Assembly (NCBI GenBank): GCA_026003075.1
Contig: BPGO01000003.1
Span: forward strand, 51,066 to 115,065
Direction: 5' to 3'
DNA: 64,000 bases
DNA from: Fimbriimonadales bacterium
Lineage (GTDB): Bacteria; Armatimonadota; Fimbriimonadia; Fimbriimonadales; GBS-DC
The translations under genes were made by a program, and so were the position numbers. This document shows positions 22,901-32,978 of the stretch, piece by piece. The first letter of the stretch is position 1, and every line of letters starts with the position of its first letter. The notes beneath the pieces were generated by a model. It did not search any database, had not been told where the DNA came from, and saw nothing but the letters and a program-made list of their open reading frames with translations.

Positions 22901-23982
22901 CCCCCGTATTTCGCGACCTGCGTCCAGAGGAACAAGCCGCATGCTTAGACCTCTGGGCGCAGGTATTTAGCCCGAGCCACGACTACTTCGAGCGGTACTT
23001 CCACGACCCCAATTGGAAGCCTGCCTATACGCGCGTGTGTGCGCTGGAAGGCAAACTCGTCGCGGCGGTGCAGGTCGTGCGTCGCCCTGTGCGCACAGCG
23101 AACGGACAAATGCTCTGGATGGCAGGCATCGCGAATGTCGCCACCCTGCCTGAGCATCGTGGGCGTGGCTATGCCTCACAACTGCTCCAAGACCTGCATC
23201 GTGTAATCGACAGCGAAGACTTCGCGTTCGGGCTGCTATTCACAGGCATCCACGACTTCTATGGACGGTTGGGTTGGGAGCGTTTGCCACTACCGCTCTA
23301 TGAGGCGACGCCAACCCCCGTAGATGTCTCTGGCTGGCGATTCCGCACGGCAGAAGCCGATGACCTGCCTGCAATCCAGCGCTGGTACAACGCCTTCTAT
23401 GCCGACCACCCGCTCACAGTGCAGCGCGACGACGCCTATTGGCGTGTCTGGACACGCTGGGATGACCCCAGTTGGCGCAACAAGTTTTATATCGCCGAAG
23501 ACCCCGGAGACAGTGCGCGAGGCTATATCGTGCTGGAAACCCATTACGACCGCGATTCTGACGGCAATCGCGTGGTGCGCCGTATCAGCATCGCGGAGCT
23601 GGGCAGCGACCCTACAGATTCAGAAGCGTTGCGCCAACTGATAGCCTTTGCAAGCCAAACAGCGCACATGGTGAGCGCATCGCTGCAGATTTTTCTGCCC
23701 GAAGCCGATATCGAGCGCCTCGTGCGCCCACTGTTGCCCGATGTGCGCTGGGTGGGTCAAAGCAGTGCGATGGTGCGGGTATGTCGGTGGGAACGGGTTC
23801 ACAATGTGCTGGGCATGGCGTCCCACAGTTCGGCTCATCTTGTTCAAACCCCGATGCCTCAAGCAGGCGCGCTCGCGCTCCTGTTCGGCTTGCCTGCGCC
23901 CAACAGCATTCCCATATCCCCCGAACTGCGCGCACGCTATCCCCTACGCCCCGCCTGCTACTCGCCCGTCGACTCGTTCTGA
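22897..23982 (+). CDS. GNAT-family (Eis-like) acetyltransferase
   Basis: GIANVATLPEHRGRGYASQLL, FYGRLGW. Confidence 0.85.
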   Translation: MTPVFRDLRPEEQAACLDLWAQVFSPSHDYFERYFHDPNWKPAYTRVCALEGKLVAAVQVVRRPVRTANGQMLWMAGIANVATLPEHRGRGYASQLLQDLHRVIDSEDFAFGLLFTGIHDFYGRLGWERLPLPLYEATPTPVDVSGWRFRTAEADDLPAIQRWYNAFYADHPLTVQRDDAYWRVWTRWDDPSWRNKFYIAEDPGDSARGYIVLETHYDRDSDGNRVVRRISIAELGSDPTDSEALRQLIAFASQTAHMVSASLQIFLPEADIERLVRPLLPDVRWVGQSSAMVRVCRWERVHNVLGMASHSSAHLVQTPMPQAGALALLFGLPAPNSIPISPELRARYPLRPACYSPVDSF

Positions 23983-24575
23983 ATCGGTCGACGCTCAAGA
24001 CGCTTCACTTTACTATAGCGCGTGCGGTAATACACATACGCCCCCGCCCCCAACACAAACAGTACGGTGCCCGCCATCACCACGCGATCGAACTGCTGGA
24101 TCACCGCATCACCGAACCAGTGAACTAAATAAGCCACGATGAAAAAGCGCGCCCCCCGCCCAATCACGCTCACGCCCATCATCATGAAAATGTTGTACCG
24201 AAATACGCCACTGGCAATCGTGAACACTTTGTAGGGAATGGGCGTGAACGCCGCGATAAAAATCGTGTAAACGCCATAGCGATTATAGAGCCGTTCCACC
24301 GCCTGCACCTTCTCCTCTTTGAACATCTTATGGAGCAGCGGGTAGCCTCCATACGCGCCCACAATCCAGCCGAAACCCGCTCCCAGCACGCTACCGACGG
24401 TACAAATCGTCGCGACCAAAAACGGCGACGGCGCGTCGGGCGCAAGTAACAGCGCGATGACCAACACATCAGGGGGCACCGGAAAAAACGACGACTCCAT
24501 AAACGCAACACCAAACAGCCCCGCTAAACCGTACTGGTGGACGAAACCGAGCGCCCAGTCTTTGAGTGCTTGCAT
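23958..24575 (-). CDS. DedA/YqaA (VTT-domain) membrane protein
   Basis: ESSFFPVPPD, AAFTPIPYKVFTIASG, GRGARFF. Confidence 0.9.
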   Translation of the reverse strand: MQALKDWALGFVHQYGLAGLFGVAFMESSFFPVPPDVLVIALLLAPDAPSPFLVATICTVGSVLGAGFGWIVGAYGGYPLLHKMFKEEKVQAVERLYNRYGVYTIFIAAFTPIPYKVFTIASGVFRYNIFMMMGVSVIGRGARFFIVAYLVHWFGDAVIQQFDRVVMAGTVLFVLGAGAYVYYRTRYSKVKRLERRPIQNESTGE

Positions 24576-24635
24576 CTGCGCTCAGAGTATACCTATTGAA
24601 AGGTTGTCTGCAGCTTAAAAACCGAAGAATTGTCA

Positions 24636-24668
24636 TAGCCCCGCTCCCACGCGGTGGGAGAGGGGCTA
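24636..24668 (-). terminator. hairpin downstream of rplE (terminator or REP-like)
   Basis: tagcccc.ctcccac-gcg-gtgggag.ggggcta inverted repeat; U-tract weak. Confidence 0.55.
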
Positions 24669-24695
24669 ATAAGTACGAATGCAGACCGAAGCCGC

Positions 24696-25346
24696 CTATT
24701 TTCGGAAGGGCATCCCCATCGCCTTGAGCAAGGCAAACGCCTCCTCGTCGGTTTTGGCGGTCGTGCAGAAGGTAATATCCATCCCGCGCAAGCGGTCTAC
24801 CTGATCGTAAACGATTTCGGGGAACAGGATTTGCTCCCGTAGCCCCATCGAGTAGTTGCCGCGCCCATCGAACGAGCGCGGTGAGACACCCGCAAAGTCG
24901 CGAATACGCGGTAGCACGATATTAATCAACTTCTCCATAAAAATATACATGCGGTCGCCGCGCAGCGTAACTTTACAGCCGATGCGGTGTCCCTTTCGGA
25001 GACGGAAGTTCGAAATGGCTTTTTTGGCAACGGTGACGACAGGTTTCTGCCCTGAAATCAGCGCGAGGTCACGCACGGCGTTCTCGAGCTGCTTCGGCTC
25101 CTGTTCACCTTTGCCGACGCCCATGTTAATCACGATCTTCTCCAGACGCGGGACTTGCATCGGATTTTTGTAGTTGAACTGTTGCTGGAGCTGCGGACGC
25201 ACGACCTGTTCGTAATGCGTGCGCAAGCGCGGTGTAATGCGTGCTACCGCGCCATCTCCTGTCTCAAACAGTTTCTCGGTCTTCTGCTCCTTGCCCGCCT
25301 TTTTGCCTTGAGGCTGCTGAGGCGGGGGCGTTTTTTGCTTAGCCAT
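24696..25346 (-). CDS. rplE: 50S ribosomal protein L5
   Basis: [29 protein letters not shown]; about 30-aa N-terminal extension. Confidence 0.97.
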   Translation of the reverse strand: MAKQKTPPPQQPQGKKAGKEQKTEKLFETGDGAVARITPRLRTHYEQVVRPQLQQQFNYKNPMQVPRLEKIVINMGVGKGEQEPKQLENAVRDLALISGQKPVVTVAKKAISNFRLRKGHRIGCKVTLRGDRMYIFMEKLINIVLPRIRDFAGVSPRSFDGRGNYSMGLREQILFPEIVYDQVDRLRGMDITFCTTAKTDEEAFALLKAMGMPFRK

Positions 25347-25356
25347 AGCGCATCCC

Positions 25357-25707
25357 TCACTTCGTTACATCGATCATTTCGTTGCACTTCTTGCAAACGC
25401 GATAGAGTTTGCCGTCCTGTCCGCGCACGCGCCCAACACGGGTCTTTTTATCGCAGTGCGGACACACCAGCATCACCTTGCTGGCAAACAGAGGAGCGGA
25501 CATCTGCATTTTCGTGCCTTTCTGGTTGATTTGGCGTGGCTTCTGGTGCTTCCAGACCAGGTTCAATCCGTCGACGACCACACGGTTCTCGCGCGGCAGC
25601 ACACGGATCACGCGCCCGCGATTGCCTTTATCCTTGCCCGAGATAATTTCCACCGTGTCGCCGGTGCGGATTTTCATGCGAAGCGGTCGTTCCAACTTGC
25701 GTATCAT
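25357..25707 (-). CDS. rplX: 50S ribosomal protein L24
   Basis: [16 protein letters not shown] motif. Confidence 0.96.
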   Translation of the reverse strand: MIRKLERPLRMKIRTGDTVEIISGKDKGNRGRVIRVLPRENRVVVDGLNLVWKHQKPRQINQKGTKMQMSAPLFASKVMLVCPHCDKKTRVGRVRGQDGKLYRVCKKCNEMIDVTK

Positions 25708-25718
25708 AATCTCCCCTC

Positions 25719-26087
25719 CTAAAGCACTTCGGGCGCCAGCGAGACGATTCGCATAAACTGTTTATCGCGCAGCTCGCGGGCGACGGGTCCGAAAATACGG
25801 GTGCCGCGCGGTTCGTTCTGGTTATTGATAATCACGCAGGCGTTATCGTCGAACCGCAGCGTGCTGCCGTCGGGGCGACGAATGGGCTTGCGTGTGCGCA
25901 CAATCACAGCCCGCACCACATCGCCCTTCTTGATAGGCATGTTGGGTGAGGCGTCCTTGACCGACGCCACAATCACATCGCCCACATGCCCATACCGCGC
26001 GTTCGAGCCTTTCAGCACGCGAATACACATCACCTCGCGCGCCCCAGAGTTATCGGCAACTTTCAAGCGTGTAAACGGTTGTATCAT
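25719..26087 (-). CDS. rplN: 50S ribosomal protein L14
   Basis: [27 protein letters not shown]. Confidence 0.98.
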   Translation of the reverse strand: MIQPFTRLKVADNSGAREVMCIRVLKGSNARYGHVGDVIVASVKDASPNMPIKKGDVVRAVIVRTRKPIRRPDGSTLRFDDNACVIINNQNEPRGTRIFGPVARELRDKQFMRIVSLAPEVL

Positions 26088-26103
26088 GGCTCTTTCCTCC
26101 TAA

Positions 26104-26430
26104 TCACTGGGCGCGTTCTAAGATTCGGCGCACGCGCCAGCGTTTATGACGGCTGAGCGGGCGCGTCTCAACAATCTCGACGCGATCGCCCACGCGGCAC
26201 TGGTTCTGCTCATCGTGCGCCATATATTTTTTGGTGCGGCGGATGGTCTTTTTGTAAATCGGATGGCGATAGCTCCGCATCACCGCCACCACAACGGTTT
26301 TATCCATCTTATCGCTGACCACCACACCGACACGCACCTTGCGCCGCCCCTTGTACTCGGCGATCTCGCCCGTCGCCGCCGGGGCGGTAGCCTCTACTTG
26401 CGACCCTTGCTGAATGACTTCTTCGCTCAT
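26104..26430 (-). CDS. rpsQ: 30S ribosomal protein S17
   Basis: [20 protein letters not shown]. Confidence 0.97.
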   Translation of the reverse strand: MSEEVIQQGSQVEATAPAATGEIAEYKGRRKVRVGVVVSDKMDKTVVVAVMRSYRHPIYKKTIRRTKKYMAHDEQNQCRVGDRVEIVETRPLSRHKRWRVRRILERAQ

Positions 26431-26443
26431 AATTAATTACTCC

Positions 26444-26653
26444 TTAGACGCCTGCCTCGCGTCGTTTCTCGTTGATAATCGTCTGGATTCGCGCGATGTT
26501 GCGGCGGATCTGCCTCATTGAGTCGGTGTCTTTGAGCTGCCCAATCGTTTTACTCACACGAGTTCGGTACAACTCAGTGCGTAGGGTGTCCAGCTCCTTC
26601 TGGAGCTCAGGAAGGGTCATACGGCGCAGTTGTTCGGGCTTGAGGGGTTTCAT
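26444..26653 (-). CDS. rpmC: 50S ribosomal protein L29
   Basis: Position; [12 protein letters not shown]. Confidence 0.93.
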   Translation of the reverse strand: MKPLKPEQLRRMTLPELQKELDTLRTELYRTRVSKTIGQLKDTDSMRQIRRNIARIQTIINEKRREAGV

Positions 26654-27105
26654 GCGCTTTCACCTCCTGTGGCTTCGGTCTCTACACCGAGTTGGAAGTC
26701 GGCTTTCGAGATGATTTTGGTCTTGATGGGCAGTTTATGGCTGGCGCGACGGAGCGCTTCGCGGGCGCGGGCTTCGTCCACGCCGCCGAGTTCCATAATC
26801 ACGCGCCCACGCTTCACAACGGCAACCCAACCTTCCACACTGCCCTTCCCCGACCCCATGCGGGTCTCGGCAGCGCGCTTTGTGTAGGGCTTATCGGGAA
26901 AGATTCGGAACCAAGTCTTCCCACCGCGGCGCAGGTAGCGCACGATGGCGACACGCGCTGCCTCCATCTGGCGGTTCGTAATCCAAGCGGGTTCCATCGC
27001 CACCAGACCGAAGTCGCCGAAGTGCAGTTCACGCGCGCCTTTCGAGACGCCCTTGCGTCGTCCGCGTTGCTGTTTCCGATATTTCGTTCGTTTCGGCATC
27101 AACAT
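26650..27105 (-). CDS. rplP: 50S ribosomal protein L16
   Basis: [24 protein letters not shown]. Confidence 0.98.
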   Translation of the reverse strand: MLMPKRTKYRKQQRGRRKGVSKGARELHFGDFGLVAMEPAWITNRQMEAARVAIVRYLRRGGKTWFRIFPDKPYTKRAAETRMGSGKGSVEGWVAVVKRGRVIMELGGVDEARAREALRRASHKLPIKTKIISKADFQLGVETEATGGESA

Positions 27106-27116
27106 AGCAGTTCACC

Positions 27117-28007
27117 TCACTCTTCCACGGGCGTTTCAACTATGGGTGGGGGTGTGGAGGAAGTTTCAGGCTGCGGTGACCTCGCTCCGCGTCCGCCAGA
27201 ACCGCGTCCACCTGTTCCTGAGCGTCCGCCACCGCCGCGTCCACGGCGTCGGCGCCCGGGCTGGCGCTCACCGCCACGTCCGGGGGCGCTCGCACGCGCA
27301 GCGCGACGAACCTCGCTCGGCGTCGCCGACTCGGGCGTGGTCACAGACGAGAGCAGGATGCGACGCTCCGACATCGGAATATCGCCCTTATAAATCCATA
27401 CCTTCACTCCAATCGTGCCGTAGATGGTGTAGGCGACGGCGAACCCATAGTCGATTTCCGCACGCAAGGTCTGCAACGGCACGCGCCCCCAGCGATCCCA
27501 CTCGGTGCGGGCGATCTCTGCGCCACCCAGTCGTCCCGACACCATCACCTTGATCCCGCGCAGGTTCATGCGCTGCGCGCGCGCCAGCGTCTGACGGATG
27601 GCGCGACGGTGCGAAACACGGCGCTCCAACTGGCTGGCGATGTTCTCCGCCACCAACTGCGCGTCCTGATCCGGATTACGGACATCCTCGACATCGATAC
27701 GCAGTTCGGGCTTGTTCGGGTGCAACGCCTTGTACACAGCGCGCGTGACCTCCTCGATGCCCTGACCCCCGCGCCCGATAATCTGACCCGGACGCGCCGC
27801 GTAGATAATCACACGCACGATGTTCGCCGCACGTTCAATCTCGATGCGCGAGATCCCAGCGCTATACCACTTCTCTTTGATGGTGCGTCGAATCAGGTAG
27901 TCCTCATACAGCGTGTGGCGGTACTGCTTTTTCGGCGCGTACCAGCGGCTCCGCCAGTCCTCCGTAATCCCTATGCGAAAGCCAATCGGGTGGATTTTCT
28001 GACCCAT
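27117..28007 (-). CDS. rpsC: 30S ribosomal protein S3
   Basis: MGQKIHPIGFR, GRVPLQTLRA, GVKVWIYKG; long R/G-rich C-terminal tail. Confidence 0.98.
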   Translation of the reverse strand: MGQKIHPIGFRIGITEDWRSRWYAPKKQYRHTLYEDYLIRRTIKEKWYSAGISRIEIERAANIVRVIIYAARPGQIIGRGGQGIEEVTRAVYKALHPNKPELRIDVEDVRNPDQDAQLVAENIASQLERRVSHRRAIRQTLARAQRMNLRGIKVMVSGRLGGAEIARTEWDRWGRVPLQTLRAEIDYGFAVAYTIYGTIGVKVWIYKGDIPMSERRILLSSVTTPESATPSEVRRAARASAPGRGGERQPGRRRRGRGGGGRSGTGGRGSGGRGARSPQPETSSTPPPIVETPVEE

Positions 28008-28402
28008 TATTTCTGCTCCTCCTGCTGCGACGCGGCGGTTGATCGAGCGCGGCGTCTCCGAGGTTGCGCCTCGGACGCACTAATGCCCAACTCGATAGTA
28101 ATGTGGCTGGTGCGCTTCAGAATACGGAACGCACGCCCGCGATCTTTGGGCAGAATGCGCTTCCAGCGCGGCCCCTCGTCAACATAAGCGCGCTCTATAT
28201 AGAGCATGCTGGGGGGCAGCCCGTCGTTATGCACTGCGTTCGCGACTGCCGATTCCAGCACTTTTTTTGCAACCCGCGCGGATTTATTGGGCAGACGCTG
28301 CAAAATCACCAACGCCTCGCCTACAGGCTTCCCGCGCACCAGGTCAATCGCCAGGCGCGCCTTGCGCGGGGGTATCCGAACATATCGTGCAACCGCCTTC
28401 AT
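28007..28402 (-). CDS. rplV: 50S ribosomal protein L22
   Basis: PRKARL, SAVANA, KRTSHITI. Confidence 0.97.
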   Translation of the reverse strand: MKAVARYVRIPPRKARLAIDLVRGKPVGEALVILQRLPNKSARVAKKVLESAVANAVHNDGLPPSMLYIERAYVDEGPRWKRILPKDRGRAFRILKRTSHITIELGISASEAQPRRRRARSTAASQQEEQK

Positions 28403-28415
28403 AAATACCTCCTTA

Positions 28416-28706
28416 CTATCTCCTCACTTTCGAAGTCTTCTCCGAGCCGGCATGCCCACGGAAGGTGCGGGTCGGCACGAACTCACCCAGTTTATGCCCA
28501 ACCATCTGCTCGGTCACATAGACAGGCACATGCTTGCGCCCATCATGCACCGCGAAGGTCAGCCCAATCATTTCGGGCACAATCGTCGAACGGCGCGACC
28601 AAGTTTTGATGGGCCGCTTCTGTCCTGGCGGTGCGTCCATCATCATCAGCACCTTCTTCATCAATTTCGGATCCACATAGGGTCCCTTTTTCAACGAGCG
28701 CGCCAT
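28416..28706 (-). CDS. rpsS: 30S ribosomal protein S19
   Basis: [17 protein letters not shown]. Confidence 0.98.
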   Translation of the reverse strand: MARSLKKGPYVDPKLMKKVLMMMDAPPGQKRPIKTWSRRSTIVPEMIGLTFAVHDGRKHVPVYVTEQMVGHKLGEFVPTRTFRGHAGSEKTSKVRR

Positions 28707-28709
28707 AGG

Positions 28710-29534
28710 TTATTTCCTCCGCTTGAGAATAAATCGGTTGGTGCGTTTATTGCGTCGGGTTTTCACGCCCAGCGCGGGCTTACCCCACGGTGTCTTGGGG
28801 TGGGGGAGTCCGATGGGTGCTTTTCCTTCACCGCCACCATGCGGGTGGTCGCGGGGGGTCATCGCCGAGCCCCGCACATGCGGACGCCGCCCCATCCAGC
28901 GCGATTTGCCAGCCTTGCCCCACACTTCGTTCTCATGGTCTAAGTTGCCCACCTGCCCCACGGTGGCGCGGCATTGCAAATGAACCAACCGCATCTCACC
29001 AGAGGGCATGCGCAAGGTTGCATAGTTGCCCTCTTTGGCGAGAATCTGCGCTGCCGCCCCCGCGCTGCGCACCATTTGCCCACCCTTGCCAGGATACAAC
29101 TCGATGTTATGCACAAGTGTTCCGACGGGGATGTTCTGCAAAGGCAAGGCGTTGCCCGGCAGGATGTCAGCGTCGGGTCCGCTCATCACGGTCGCGCCCA
29201 CTTCCAAACCGACCGGCGCAAGGATATAGCGCTTCTCGCCGTCCTCGTATTCCAAGAGCGCGATACGGGCAGAGCGGTTGGGATCGTACTCAATCGCGAC
29301 CACTTTCGCTGCGATGCCGTCCTTGTTGCGCTTGAAATCGATGATACGATAAAGGCGCTTGTTGCCGCCGCCGCGATGGCGTGCGGTCACGCGTCCCATA
29401 TTGTTGCGCCCGCCCGTCTTGCGCAGCCCCACCGTCAGACTCTTCTCCGGCTCTTTCTTCGTAATCTCCTCGTAGGTCGAGGTCTGCATAAAGCGTCTAC
29501 CCGGCGAGGTCGGTTTCCATTTCTTGATTCCCAT
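28710..29534 (-). CDS. rplB: 50S ribosomal protein L2
   Basis: [18 protein letters not shown]. Confidence 0.98.
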   Translation of the reverse strand: MGIKKWKPTSPGRRFMQTSTYEEITKKEPEKSLTVGLRKTGGRNNMGRVTARHRGGGNKRLYRIIDFKRNKDGIAAKVVAIEYDPNRSARIALLEYEDGEKRYILAPVGLEVGATVMSGPDADILPGNALPLQNIPVGTLVHNIELYPGKGGQMVRSAGAAAQILAKEGNYATLRMPSGEMRLVHLQCRATVGQVGNLDHENEVWGKAGKSRWMGRRPHVRGSAMTPRDHPHGGGEGKAPIGLPHPKTPWGKPALGVKTRRNKRTNRFILKRRK

Positions 29535-29546
29535 AATTGCCTCCGA

Positions 29547-29837
29547 TTACAGGTTAAAATCTTCAATCGTCTGGTCAGGCTTGAGCGTCACGATGGCTTT
29601 TTTCCAAGCTTTCGTGTAGCCCTGACTGCGCAAGCCCACACGCTTCGGCTTGGGCTTGACCCACATCGTGCGCACCTTCACCGCATCCACATTGTAGAGC
29701 TGTTTCAGCGCGTGCTTAATATCGATTTTGGTGGCGTCGTCCGCCACTTCGAACAGGTACTGATTGTGCAGCATCCGCAACATCGTGCCTTTCTCGGTAA
29801 TCAGCGGACGCACAATTACTTGAGTGGGATGTTTCAT
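29547..29837 (-). CDS. rplW: 50S ribosomal protein L23
   Basis: RPLITEK, WKKAIVTL; ATGA overlap with rplD. Confidence 0.96.
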   Translation of the reverse strand: MKHPTQVIVRPLITEKGTMLRMLHNQYLFEVADDATKIDIKHALKQLYNVDAVKVRTMWVKPKPKRVGLRSQGYTKAWKKAIVTLKPDQTIEDFNL

Positions 29838-30463
29838 TGTGCCCACACCTCCTCCATTTTAGCGATGGCTTGTTTTGTCGCAATCACGCGCCGCGCGGGG
29901 ATAATCTCGTGAAGCGCGAACGCAGGTGCAATGCGTACCAGTACATTCGGGATATTGCGGAACGACTTGTACACGATTTCGTTGGGTTCGTGGAGGAGAA
30001 TCAGCACGCGCTCGTTTTCCACGCCAAGCGATTTAAGGAACGCCGCTGCCTGCTTGGTCTTGATTTCGGGGAAGCTCAGTTCGTCGACCACGAGCAGTGC
30101 GCCGTTCTCGGCTTTGTCGCTTAGCACAGTGCGGAAGGCAAGGCGTCGTTCCTTTCTGTTCACGATGGGGTTGTAGTCGCGCGGCGTCGGACCATGAACA
30201 ATCCCACCCTTGCGCCAATGGGGGGCTCGGATCGAGCCTTGTCGGGCGCGCCCGGTGTGCTTTTGACGCCACGGCTTGCGTCCACCGCCGCGCACTTCAG
30301 CACGAGTCTTGGTGTCATGCGTGCCTTGACGCAGGTGAGCCAGCTGCGCCACCACCGCGCGGTGCACCGTGCCCAAGTTTGCCTTCGCACCGAACAGGCG
30401 GTCGCTCAGTTCGACCTCCCCAATCGCTTGACCTTGCGCGTTGTATAAATTCGCTTTCGGCAT
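29834..30463 (-). CDS. rplD: 50S ribosomal protein L4
   Basis: TKTRAEVRGGGRKPWRQKHTGRARQGSIR. Confidence 0.98.
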   Translation of the reverse strand: MPKANLYNAQGQAIGEVELSDRLFGAKANLGTVHRAVVAQLAHLRQGTHDTKTRAEVRGGGRKPWRQKHTGRARQGSIRAPHWRKGGIVHGPTPRDYNPIVNRKERRLAFRTVLSDKAENGALLVVDELSFPEIKTKQAAAFLKSLGVENERVLILLHEPNEIVYKSFRNIPNVLVRIAPAFALHEIIPARRVIATKQAIAKMEEVWAQ

Positions 30464-30474
30464 AGAAATCACCT

Positions 30475-31359
30475 CTACTGTTTCTGCACATACACAATCG
30501 AGCCGCGTCCTCCGGGCACCGCACCCTTGATGAGTACGCGGTTCCGGTCAGCGAGGATTTTCACGATCGTCAGGTTGCGCGTCGTGACCTGTTCGCCGCC
30601 CATGCGGCCTGGGCTGCGTTTGCCCTTGAACACACGCTGGGGCCCCGTCGCGCCACTGGAGAGCGGGCGTCGATGAGTCATCGAACCGTGAGTCATCGGT
30701 CCGCCGGCGAACCCGTAGCGTCGCACCACACCAGCGAAACCCTTGCCTTTGGAAGTGCCCGTAACCTTCACGGTTTCGCCCTCGCTAAACACATGCTCGG
30801 CACGCACTTCCTGCCCACTCACCGCCTGCCCCTCCAAGATAGGGAACTCCTTCAGATGACGCAGGGGTTTCTCCAGAGCGGCTTTCTTGAAGATGCCCCG
30901 CATCGGCTTGTTCACGCGCTGGGGCCTCATCGGCTCATAACCAATCTGCGCCGCGTAGTAGCCATCTTTTTCGGGCGTGCGCACCTGAACCACATGGCAT
31001 GGACCCAACTCCACAACGGTCACCGCAATCATGCGTCCGCTCTCGTCAAAAATATGAGTCATGCCCAACTTGCGTCCGATCAAGCCTTTCAGCACGGGGG
31101 GCGGAGGCAGCTCGCGCTTTGGTTGAGCGGAAGTGGCCTCTGCAGGGGCAGCAGCGACGGGTCCAGCGGGTGTCTCTTCCGATGCTGTTTCGCCCGTGTC
31201 CGCGCTCGCTGCCGAGACTTCTGCAGGAGCTTCCGCAGCCGCCTCAGCGGCCGGCTCCGTCGTCGCCTCGGGTGCAGCCGACGCCGCTTCTGCTGTCGCC
31301 TCCGACTGCTCGCCATTCACCTGCGCGGTTTCCTCTGCTACCTGTTTCTCTTCTTGCAT
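30475..31359 (-). CDS. rplC: 50S ribosomal protein L3 with long acidic N-terminal extension
   Basis: GRKLGMT, GTSKGKGFAG, GRMG, IKGAVPG; SD GGAGG before ATG 31359. Confidence 0.96.
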   Translation of the reverse strand: MQEEKQVAEETAQVNGEQSEATAEAASAAPEATTEPAAEAAAEAPAEVSAASADTGETASEETPAGPVAAAPAEATSAQPKRELPPPPVLKGLIGRKLGMTHIFDESGRMIAVTVVELGPCHVVQVRTPEKDGYYAAQIGYEPMRPQRVNKPMRGIFKKAALEKPLRHLKEFPILEGQAVSGQEVRAEHVFSEGETVKVTGTSKGKGFAGVVRRYGFAGGPMTHGSMTHRRPLSSGATGPQRVFKGKRSPGRMGGEQVTTRNLTIVKILADRNRVLIKGAVPGGRGSIVYVQKQ

Positions 31360-31372
31360 CGCTACTGCCTCC

Positions 31373-31681
31373 CTATAACTTGATTTCGATATCTACGCCA
31401 CTGGGTAAATCTAAACGCATCAGTGCATCAATCGTACGATTATTCGGTTCCAGGATATCGATGAGCCGCTTATGAGTGCGAATCTCAAAGTGTTCCATAC
31501 CGATTTTATCGATGTGCGGACCGCGAATCACGCAGAACTTGCGAATGTCGGTCGGCAAGGGCACCGGGCCGCGCACCCGCGCGCCGGTACTCTGCACTTG
31601 CTCGACAATCCGTTTCACCGATTGGTCCAGCACGCGATGATCGTAGGCTCGCAATCGTATCCTGATTTTGTCGCGTTTCAT
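31373..31681 (-). CDS. rpsJ: 30S ribosomal protein S10
   Basis: [28 protein letters not shown]; own GGTATAAT box upstream. Confidence 0.98.
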   Translation of the reverse strand: MKRDKIRIRLRAYDHRVLDQSVKRIVEQVQSTGARVRGPVPLPTDIRKFCVIRGPHIDKIGMEHFEIRTHKRLIDILEPNNRTIDALMRLDLPSGVDIEIKL

Positions 31682-31746
31682 CGTCCTCTCCTCCAGAATC
31701 AGGGCGGAAGGATATTATACCCAACCGCCCCAACCTGATATATCGC

Positions 31747-32964
31747 TTAATCCAGCATCTCTGTGACGACGCCCGCGCCCACCGTGCGACCGCCCTCGCG
31801 TATCGCAAAACGCAAGCCCGTCTCTATCGCCACAGGAGACACCAACACAACCTCCATATTCACATTGTCCCCAGGCATCACCATCTCAACACCCGAAGGC
31901 AACTTAATCTCACCCGTCACATCCGTCGTCCTAAAGTAAAACTGAGGACGATAACCCGTCACAAACGGCGTATGACGACCGCCCTCCTCCTTCCGCAACA
32001 CATACACCTCCGCCTTGAAGTGCTTGTGCGGCTTGATGCTCCCAGGCTTCGCAATCACCATACCACGCTCAATATCATCCCGCTCCACACCGCGCAACAG
32101 CAAGCCCACATTGTCGCCTGCCACCGCCTCGTCCAACACCTTCCGAAACATCTCAATACTCGTCACCACCGTCTTGCGCGGTGCATCCCGAAAACCAACA
32201 ATCTCTACCTCCTCGCCCGTCTTCAAGACACCACGCTCCACACGACCCGTCGCCACCGTGCCACGACCCGTAATCGTAAAAACATCCTCCACCGCCATCA
32301 AAAACGGCTTGTCCAACTCACGCTGCGGCAACGGTATATAACTGTCCACCGCGTCCATCAAGTCCCATATCGCCTTGATCCAACGGTTCGAGGTGCCCTT
32401 GCTCCAGTCCTCGCTGTCAGGAGCCTCCACCACCTGCAACGCACTCCCACGAATCACAGGAATCTCGTCACCCGGAAAACCGTACTTGCTCAACAACTCG
32501 CGCACCTCTAACTCCACCAAGTCCAATAACTCCTCGTCGTCCACCATATCCACCTTGTTCATAAACACCACAATCGCAGGAACATTCACCTGACGCGCCA
32601 ACAAAATATGCTCCCGCGTCTGCGGCATCGGACCGTCGGTCGCCGCCACCACCAAAATCGCACCGTCCATCTGCGCCGCACCCGTAATCATGTTCTTGAT
32701 GTAGTCCGCGTGCCCAGGACAGTCCACATGCGCATAGTGGCGCGTCTCGGTCTGATACTCCGCATGGTAGATGTTGATCGTCACACCACGCGCACGCTCC
32801 TCGGGAGCGCTGTCAATGCGGTCGTAGGGCTGGTACTCTGCCAAGCCACTCTTGCTCAACACGCGGGTAATCGCCGCGGTAAGCGTCGTCTTCCCGTGAT
32901 CCACATGTCCAATCGTGCCGATGTTCACATGCGGTTTCGTACGCTCAAACTTCTGTCGTGCCAT
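31747..32964 (-). CDS. tuf: elongation factor Tu
   Basis: [31 protein letters not shown]. Confidence 0.99.
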   Translation of the reverse strand: MARQKFERTKPHVNIGTIGHVDHGKTTLTAAITRVLSKSGLAEYQPYDRIDSAPEERARGVTINIYHAEYQTETRHYAHVDCPGHADYIKNMITGAAQMDGAILVVAATDGPMPQTREHILLARQVNVPAIVVFMNKVDMVDDEELLDLVELEVRELLSKYGFPGDEIPVIRGSALQVVEAPDSEDWSKGTSNRWIKAIWDLMDAVDSYIPLPQRELDKPFLMAVEDVFTITGRGTVATGRVERGVLKTGEEVEIVGFRDAPRKTVVTSIEMFRKVLDEAVAGDNVGLLLRGVERDDIERGMVIAKPGSIKPHKHFKAEVYVLRKEEGGRHTPFVTGYRPQFYFRTTDVTGEIKLPSGVEMVMPGDNVNMEVVLVSPVAIETGLRFAIREGGRTVGAGVVTEMLD

Positions 32965-32978
32965 CGTTGTCTCTCCTC

